DNA of 30,147 nt from Chiloscyllium plagiosum. Lineage: Eukaryota. The position numbers and the translations under genes are program-made. Location: assembly GCF_004010195.1 (NCBI RefSeq), contig NC_057719.1:26477426-26507572 (forward strand), in the 5' to 3' direction. Every line of letters starts with the position of its first letter. Positions within the stretch are counted from its first letter, which is position 1. This document shows positions 22,461 through 30,147 of this stretch, one piece after another. The notes beneath the pieces are model-generated. The model ran no database searches. It saw only the letters and a list, made by a program, of their open reading frames with translations, and was not told where the DNA came from.

Positions 22461-23094
22461 TAAAATTTCAAACCTACTAAATAATTTGAGTTTGACACTC
22501 CTCCACCCCTGCTCTAAGTCCCCTTTCTGCCATACTGTAACCTTCTCCTTTCCCTGAACACTGACCAAATCAGATGATCTCCTCCTAAGAAGTGTGAAAG
22601 CCTCCTGGCACAGACAATTCTGGTAACTTTATCCTTCTCTGATGCATTGCAGTCTCTGTACCTCTCATACCAAACTCCAAACCAAATTGTGTTTACTGCT
22701 CAAATTGTACTTCAGATATACTTTCACTGGATCACCGTGGTAGCCAGGAGCTCCTGTATGCTGCAGCCTTGTCACCACTTGAGTGCAATCCTTGACTAGT
22801 TTAAATGTCATTAAATCACTATTACCATTCTCGCTTCTATGAATATCTTAGCAGCATTTGTTTCATTAGTGAACACCAATGCAAGGTATTCTTACATTTC
22901 CAAGACTTCCCTCTGCCTCTAATTATACTTTTATCACCTTCATTCCCAATCAAGTCCACTGGAATTTTACCACCAGCTTAATGTTTGGCTACCTCTTTTG
23001 ATAACTGCCATTGAATTCTCTTTTCTTTTTGCCAAATCTATTTTCTTCTTCTTCGAGCTGAGGAGTGAAGTATTTGGTCTAGTTCTTATTCGAG

Positions 23095-23450
23095 ATGAAT
23101 GTACAAATTAGGACCACATGTTAGCCATTTGGCCCTATGAGTCTGTCCTTCATTCAAAGAGATAATGGCCGATCTGTGTGTTTCAAATTTCACATCCCTA
23201 TCTATTCTCGATAATCTCAGATTTTTGTCTTCCAGGAAATCATGCAATTACCTCCCCTCCACCACCTTCTGAGGCACAGTTCAAAGTTTCTCAATCCCCA
23301 AGAGGAAAGATTTCTGATAAAAAAATTAAGGGCTAACCTTTTAAAAAGTGCTCCTTAATCCTGCACTTGTCCACAAGAGGGAATAGTATTTCCACATTGT
23401 ACCTTCATAACCACCTTTTCAGAATCTTATGATTCTGATCAACTCACTTG
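23095..23450 (-). mobile_element. Old CR1-type 3' fragment
   Basis: ttagga..gccatttggccct..gagtctgtcc..cattcaa..gataatggccgatctg tail-like pattern followed by RT C-terminal remnants. Confidence 0.45.
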
Positions 23451-23592
23451 ACATGCATCATACTGTTTTTGATTCTTTGTATTCTCTATCCCTCTTGTCT
23501 TCAAGGAGCTATTACTTTTGTTTTTCCTGCTCTTCCTTTTAATTGGAATGTAGCCTGTACCTGAAACATCCTTCCCTGATAGACCCACCCAA

Positions 23593-23770
23593 TACAGAGG
23601 ACCTCGATTATCCGAATACCAATGTCCTGAAAATAGGATTAGCTGGAGGAGATCAAGGCCACAATGGAAACATTACATCAAAGACTTTTTTTTTTCCCCC
23701 AACAGTGATCGTGTCTTTTGTTTAGTGATTAAACAGGCACGGTCTCCAAATGACTGTCTGTCTCCCCTCT
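23593..23770 (+). mobile_element. Tigger/pogo-like DNA transposon end fragment
   Basis: TA followed by CAGAGGACCTCGATTATCCGAA (23595-23616), resembling Tigger-type TIRs; no partner TIR found. Confidence 0.45.
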
Positions 23771-23904
23771 TTCCCCCCCACCCCCAACATGGGTATTAAT
23801 GTTAAATATTATATGGATTGACTACTCAAAAAAAAAAGCAGAACCTGCAAGCAGGCAGTAAATCCATATAATATTTCTAAATTCCACTTTGGAAATGGAA
23901 GCAG

Positions 23905-24246
23905 CCTGACTCAAGATTGCGATTCAGACAGACTCCAACCTCACACATTTAATGCATTGTCTGAGTGGAGCTGTCAACTTCAGGTTTTATGACAAAAGTT
24001 ATGTTGTGAATGTGACTTTAAAAGTGATTCTGGAGTTTACATATTGAAGAACCAAAACTAGCAACCCCATTCTAAAAGTTGAAAGACTTAACTAACTAGG
24101 TTTGTTCAATGTATCATTGTATCACTATAATCGTTTGCTACAAATTCTGTCTCTTATGGTCCTGCTTCACAACCACCTGATGAAGGGCCAGTGCTTCCAA
24201 ATAAACCTGTTGGACTATAACCTGGTGTTGAGTGGTTTTTAACTTT
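23905..24246 (+). mobile_element. Penelope-type 3' region and terminal repeat
   Basis: Ends cacCTGATGAagg..gtgcttccaaataaacctgttggactataacctggtgttg..tttttaacttt, the reverse complement of 28268-28357. Confidence 0.7.
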
Positions 24247-24915
24247 GATGGTTTGCATTGTCCATTACAAAAGTAAGGGGAAGTAGGGAGAAAGAAGTGA
24301 ATAAAAATGCAGTTGGAGGTGGAAAGAAAGCACCGTATCTTCCCCTCTACTGAATTTTCCAGCTGACACGAAAGATTCATTTGGAGTTCTGTCATTGTGG
24401 ATACATCACAGGCAAGTGGATTAGGGTCATAAGTTTATATTTTTAATAAATCATACTTGACAGTTGACTACCAGAATGGCACTTATTAAGAACAGACTGT
24501 TCAAAACTCCTAATGAGCACACTGCAAATGTTTGATTTATTTTGTTACCCACTTTTAAAAATCTTTTCATCTCTTTGCTGCTTTTCTTGAAAGGTATATT
24601 TTGCCACAAGCCATGTACCATCTTGGTGGAACTAATAGTGTTAAAGCTAACAGATCATTTGGACATGGGGAATATCACTTTCAAGTGGAATAGCCAGATG
24701 ACTTTCCACTTACATCATTTAAAATTCTAGGTGCCATATGCAACATGGTTTGTGACACATTCCGAAATGGCAGTTTGAATCCTGGAATTTAATTTGCTGA
24801 GATACATAGCAGTATTCACTGATTATTTTCCCTTTCTACATTACTGTATTCTTTGGATTTACCATCACTTCTAATTTATAGGCATCATAGCATGATAATT
24901 AATGGAGTCAAGAAG

Positions 24916-25060
24916 AAAACCAGAGTTTAAATCAGAGTATTCCTGATGGGCTTTTGCCCGAAATGTCAATTTTCCTGCTCCTCGGATTCTGCCTGACCTG
25001 CTGTGCTTTTCCAGCACCACTCTGATCTAAACTCTGGTTTCCAGCATCTGCGGCCCTCCC
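24916..25060 (+). repeat. Penelope terminal repeat with short inverted arm and hammerhead relic
   Basis: aaaccagagtttaaatcagagt (~24918-24939) is inverted at 25019-25040; CTGAT-GGGC-TTTT-GCCC-GAAA-TG-TC at 24943-24967; same family as 11668-11838. Confidence 0.8.
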
Positions 25061-25084
25061 TTTCATCGAGAAGAAAACGATTAA

Positions 25085-25205
25085 ATGTTCTGAAGAAGGA
25101 TTACTTGACCTGAAATGTTAAGTCTGATTTCTCCCTATAAATGCTGAATTGTCCAGCAATTTCTATTCTTGTTTATGATTTCCATCATTCACAGTACTTG
25201 GTTTC
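25085..25205 (+). repeat. Degenerate Penelope terminal repeat with hammerhead relic
   Basis: CTGAAGA-AGG..TGACCT-GAAA-TG-TT at 25090-25119. Confidence 0.6.
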
Positions 25206-25377
25206 ATTTTGAGAAAAAAAAACAGATTTAGCAGGCATTACTGAAAGACTTGCTGAATTTAGACAAGATGGTGAGTCACAGGACTTCAATATATGACCCA
25301 TTTGCATGTTTTGGAGGCCTTGAATATTTGGTTACCTTTGCAATCCCTTCATTACCAGTGAGCATCCGCAGTCCCAT

Positions 25378-26116
25378 TAGAGTCATAGAGATGCACAGCA
25401 AGGAAACAGATCCTTCGGTCCAACTTGTCCACCCAACCCATCTGCCAACACCCGGCCCATATCCCTCACAACCCCTCCTATTCATATACCCATCCAGATG
25501 CCTTTTAAATGTTGCAATTGTACCAGCCTCCACCACTTCCTCTAGCAGTCTATTGCGCACATGCGTGGAAAAGTTGCCCCTTACGTCTCTTTCATATCTT
25601 TTCCCTCTTACCCTAAACCTATGCCCTCTACTTCAGGACTCCCCAAACTCAGGGAAAAGACCTTGTCTATTTACCCTATCCATTCCCCTCGTGGTTTTAT
25701 AAGCCTCGATAAGGTCACCCCCTCAAGACTGCGTGCTCCAGGGAAAAAAAACAGTCCCAGCCTATTCAACTTCTCCCTATAACTCAAGTTCTCCAACCCT
25801 GGCAACATCCTTGTAAATCTTTTCTGAACCCTTTCAAGGTTCACAACATCCTTCCGATAGGAAGGAGACCAGGATTGCATGTAATATTCCAAAAATGGCC
25901 TAACCAATGTCTTGTACAGCTGCAACATGACCTCTCAATACTCTGACCAACAAAGGAAAGCATACCAAACTCCTTCATTATCCTATCTATCTGCAACTCT
26001 ACTTTCAAGGAACTATGAATCTGCACTCCAAGGTCTGTTCAGCAGCACTCCCCAAGATTTTTAAGTGTATAAGTTCTGCTAAGATTTGCTTTCCCAAAAT
26101 GCAGCACCTCGCATTT
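25378..26116 (-). mobile_element. CR1/HER1 LINE 3' fragment (copy A)
   Basis: Minus ORFs LYKTLVRPFLEY..WSP, LERVQKRFTRMLPGL and EAGTIATFKRHLD; tail ends ...ctctatgactct. Confidence 0.92.
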
Positions 26117-28255
26117 AGAGTCATAGAGATGTACAGCATGGAAACCTGTCCATGCCAACCAGATATCCCAACCCAATCTAGTCCCACCTGCCAGCACCCA
26201 GCCCATATCCCTCCAAACCCTTCCTATTCATGTATCCATCCAAATGCCTCTTAAATGTTGCAATTGTACCAGCCTCCACCACTTCCTCTGGCAGCTCATT
26301 CCATACACGTACCACCCTCTGCGTGAAAGGGTTGCACCTTAGGTCTCTTTGATATCTTTCCCCACTCACCCTAAACCTATGCCCTCTAGTTTTGGGCTCC
26401 CCAAACCCAGGGAAAAGACCTTGTCTATTTACCCTATCCAAGCCCGTCATGGTTTTATAAACCTCCTTAAGGTCACCCCCTCAAGACTGTGTGCTCCAAG
26501 GAAAACAGTCCCAGCCTATTCAACATCTCCTGATAGCCCAAATTCTCCAACCCTGGCAACATCCTTGTAAATCTTTTCTGAACCCTTTCAAGTTTCACAA
26601 CATATTTCCGATAGGAAGGAGACCAGAATGCACGCAATATTCTAACAGTGGTCTAACCAATGTCCTGTACAAACTCAACATGACCTCCCAACTCCTGTAC
26701 TCAATACTCTGACCAATAAAAGAAAGCATACCAAATGCCGCCTTCACTATCCTATCTACCTGTGACTCCACTTTCAAGGAGCTATGAACCTGCACTCCAA
26801 GGTCTCTTTGTTCAGCAACACTCCCTAGGACCTTACCATTAAGTGTATACGTTCTGCTAAGATTTGCTTTCCCAAAATGCAGCACCTCGCATTTATCTGA
26901 ATTCTAGTTCTCCCTGTATTCCATGAGATCTAACCTTGCTAATCAGTCTCCCATGGGGAACCTTGTCGAACGCCTTATTGAAGTCCATATAGATTACATC
27001 TACTGCTCTGCCCTCATCAATCCTCTTTGTTACTTCTTCAAATACCTCAATCAAGTTTACAAAATTATGAGGGGCATTGATAGGATAAATAGACAAAGTC
27101 TTTTCCCTGGGGTCGGGGAGTCCAGAACTAGAGGGCATAGGTTTAGGGTGAGAGGGGAAAAATATAAAAGAGACCTAAGGGGCAACCTTTTCACGCAGAG
27201 GGTGGTACGTGTATGGAATGAGCTGCCAGGTGGAGGCTGGTACAATTGCAACATTTAAGAGGCATTTGGAAGGGTATATGAATAGGAAGGGTTTGGAGGG
27301 ATGGGTGCAGGCAGGTGGGACTAGATTGGGTTGGGATATCTGGTCGGCATGGACGGGTTGGCCCGAAGGGTCTATTTCCATGCTGTACATCTCTATGACT
27401 CTAAGTTTGTGAGACATGATTTCCCATACACAAAGCCATGTTGACTATCCCGAATCAGTCCTTGCCTTTCCAAATACATATACAACCTGTCCCTCAGGAT
27501 TCCCTCAAACAACTTCCCACCACCGAGATCAGGCTCACTGGTCTATAGCTCCCTGGCTTGTCCTTACCACCCTTCTTAAAAAGTGGCACCACATTAGCCA
27601 ACCTCCAGTCTTCCAGCACCTCACCTGTGACTATCGATGATAAAGATATCTCAGCAAGAGGCCCAGCAATCACTTCTGTAGCTTCCCACAGAGTTCTCGG
27701 GTACACCTGATCAGGTCCTGGGGATTTATCCACCTTTGTGCGTTTCAAGACATCCAGCACTTCCACCTCTGTAATCTGGACATTTTGCAAGATGTCACCT
27801 CTATTTCCCTACAGTCTATATCTTCCATATCCTTTTCCACAGTAAATACTGATGCAAAATACTCATTTAGTATCTCCCCCATTTTCTGCGGCTCTACACA
27901 AAGGCCGCCTTGCTGATATTTGAGGGGCTCTATTCTCTCCTTAGTTACCCTTTTGTCCTTAATGTATTTGTAAATTCCCATTGGATTCTCCTTAATTCTA
28001 TTTGCCAAACAATCTCATGTCCCCTTTTTGCTCTCCTGATTTCCCTCTTAAGTATACTCCTACTTCCTTTATACTCTTCTAAGGATTCATTCGATCTATC
28101 CATCTATCCAGACATATGCTTCCTTCTTTTTCTTAATCAAACCTTCAATTTCTCCAGACATCAGAAATCTGTATACCTACCCGCTTTTCCTTTCACCCTA
28201 ACAGGAATATACTGTCTCTGCAACCTCGTTATCTCATTTCTGAAAGCTTCATACC
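26117..28255 (-). mobile_element. CR1/HER1 LINE ORF2 remnant (copy B), interrupted at 27053-27408
   Basis: KSPGPDQVYPR, DWRLANVVPLFKKG, YRPVSLISVV, HGFV, DVIYMDFNKAFDKVPH, RDLGVQV, LVRPLLEYC; the segment that would encode GVPQGS and (F/Y)ADD is missing near 26900. Confidence 0.92.
27059..27402 (+). mobile_element. 5'-truncated CR1/HER1 (copy C) inserted antisense into copy B
   Basis: YKIMRGIDR..ESRTRGHRF..FTQRVVRVWNELP plus full tail; AAGTTT duplicated at 27053-27058 and 27403-27408; removing it restores SCLTNLIE in copy B. Confidence 0.9.
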
Positions 28256-28267
28256 TCATTAATGCCC

Positions 28268-29731
28268 AAAGTTAAAAATCACACAACACTAGGTTATAGT
28301 CCAACAGGTTTAATTAGAAGCACATTAGCTTTCAGAGTGTCGCTCCTTCATCAGGTGATAGTGGAGGGCTCAATCCTAACACACAGAATTTATAGCAAAA
28401 ATCTACAGTGTGATGTAACTGAAATTATACATTGAAAAATTGATTGTCTGTTAAGCCTTTCATCTGTTAGAATACCGTGTTTGTTTCACTTCTTTCATGT
28501 GTAAATCACAAAACCTTTTTTTAAGAAGTTGCATTCTCAGGTTAGCTGTTAACAATGGTGATAGCTAGACAATATGTTGGCCCCTGTGTTCTCTGTCTAT
28601 GCCATGATGTTTAGATTGATTCTAATCTAAAAATTGAGATAATGGAGTTTTACATGAATTCATGCAGTTTTTGAGCTCAGAGTTCTACATGAATGCGTGC
28701 AGTTTTTGAGCAAAGTACAATGTAACCCTGAAAGTACAAATTCACCCCACAAAATATATGTGTGCATGTGGGTCTTTGTCTGTGTGTGTGTGTCTGTCTG
28801 GGTTGGGGGTTGTGAGTGTGAGAAAGTGTGTGTGTGTGTGTAGTGAGTGCAGAGCATCTTAAGTCTGTGAGGGGTTTCATGTGTGAGTGTGGAAGTGTGT
28901 GTGTGTCTGTAAGGGTGTGTTTGGGTGTCTGTGTATATGTGTGTCCGTGTGTATGTATGTATAGGAGTGCCTGTGTGTGTTTGAGAGTGTGCGTGTGTCG
29001 GAGTATCTGTGTGTGTATATAGTGCAATGGTGGTCACCTGTAATATGACATGAGCCCAAGGTCCCAGTTGAGGCCCTTCCTATGGGTACCGAACTTAGCT
29101 ATCAGCCTCTGCTCGGCCAGTTTTTTCTGCTGCCTGTCCCGAAGTCCACCTTGGAGGATGGTCACCCGAAAGTCCCAGGCTGAATGTCCTGGACCGCTGA
29201 AGTGTTCCCCAACTGGGAGGGAACACTCCTGTCTGTTGATTGTGCGGTGCCCATTCATTTGTTGTCGTAGCCTTTGCTCAGTTTCCCCAGTGTACCAGGG
29301 TTCATGTCACATTACAGGCGACCACCATTGCACTATATACACACACAGGCACTCCTATACACACATACACACGGACACACATATACACAGACGTGCGCAC
29401 AGACACCCACACACACCCTTACAGACACATACTCCCACACTCAAACATGCACCCCCTCACAGACCTAAGATGCTCTGCACTCACTACACACACAAATACA
29501 CTTTCTCACACTCACAACCCCCAACCCAGACAGACACACATACGCAAAGACTCACATGCACACATATATTTTGTGGGGTGAATTTGTACTTGTAGGTTTA
29601 CATTGTACTTTTCTCAAAAACTGCATGCATTCATGTAAAACTCTGTTATCTCACTTTTTAGATTAGAATCAATCTAAACATCATGGCATAGACAGAGAAC
29701 ACAGGGGGCCAACATATTGTCTAGCTATCAC
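28268..29731 (-). mobile_element. Penelope-type 3' end (GIY-YIG C-terminus, CA-rich 3' UTR, terminal repeat) with inverted partial copy
   Basis: Minus 29297-29034 reads WYTGETEQRLRQQMNGHR..PVGEHF..GHS..AEQRLIAKFGTHRKGLN; 28558-29057 is mirrored at 29298-29731; terminal repeat with hammerhead core at 28268-28357. Confidence 0.88.
28321..28358 (-). ncRNA. Minimal type I hammerhead ribozyme motif (best-preserved copy, probably impaired)
   Basis: UCAC-CUGAUGA-A-GGAG-cgaca-CUCU-GAAA-GC-UA-AUGUG: both core boxes and stem II present; stem I has a C/A mismatch next to the cleavage site. Confidence 0.6.
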
Positions 29732-29832
29732 GTCTATTTTGCTGCTCCTCGGATGCTGCCTGAACTGCTGTGCTCTTCCAGCACCATTAATCCAAAATCT
29801 GGTTTCCAGTATCTGCAGTCATTGTTTTTACC
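29732..29832 (+). repeat. Penelope terminal-repeat 3' half
   Basis: gtc..ttttgctgctcctcggatgctgcctga.ctgctgtgct.ttccagcacca..tctggtttccag.atctgcag matches 24965-25052. Confidence 0.8.
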
Positions 29833-29839
29833 CAATCAC

Positions 29840-30147
29840 ATCAGGTCAGTGCCTGCAGTTCCGCTAACGGCCAGAGGTGGTGCCCTTTCCACCGGACACA
29901 GCCACGGGGCTGAGGGGGGACACATGGTGAGTGTGAGGGACACGGAGGGAGATACAGAGACGGAGGGGAGGGGAGACCGTCAGAGGGGCCGCGATCAGGG
30001 TGACGGCCCGCTCCAGGACCCTCCTCCGGAGGATTTCAGTCGATCACAGGATCCGAATTAATCCCGGCCTAGTTACTGTGGGCCTGAGGGCGGGAGAGTG
30101 GGGGAAGGAAAGGAAAGGAAAGGAAATGGGGGCAAGGAGGGGAATGA
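29840..30147 (+). promoter_or_regulatory. GC/CpG-rich region, candidate promoter or first exon of the next gene
   Basis: Abrupt rise in GC and CpG in non-repeat-looking DNA; strong donor-like ATG|GTGAGT at 29924-29932; (GGAAA)n at ~30107-30126. Confidence 0.45.

Noticed and set aside
20045..28260. Active autonomous retrotransposon
   Set aside because: All Penelope and CR1 frames are broken by stops, frameshifts or deletions; CR1 copy B lacks its catalytic segment.
28660..29595. His/Thr-rich and Cys/Val-rich ORFs
   Set aside because: Artefacts of CA/TG microsatellite-like sequence.

Overview
Eukaryotic genomic DNA, almost certainly from a shark or other elasmobranch (inferred from an HE1-type V-SINE, HER1/CR1 LINEs and Penelope repeats). 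The only host gene I can support is the 3' half of SGPP1 (sphingosine-1-phosphate phosphatase 1, + strand): a 90-nt internal exon (223-312), a ~9.6-kb intron, the last coding exon (9957-10508) and a probably very long, repeat-poor 3' UTR with poly(A) signals out to ~16.9 kb. The intron holds nested SINE/LINE/Penelope pieces and an antisense, internally deleted endogenous retrovirus-like element (two LTRs, a tRNA-Ser(GCT)-type PBS and a gamma-like Gag remnant). Downstream DNA is mostly decayed retroelements: a Penelope RT/GIY-YIG copy with inverted pseudo-LTRs, a nested CR1 stack, and a second Penelope-type end forming a ~430-500-nt inverted repeat. The most striking cross-cutting signal is about ten relics of minimal type I hammerhead ribozymes from four Penelope terminal-repeat families; every copy is damaged. 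The window ends in a GC-rich stretch that may be the promoter/first exon of the next gene. All calls were made by eye, without database searches.
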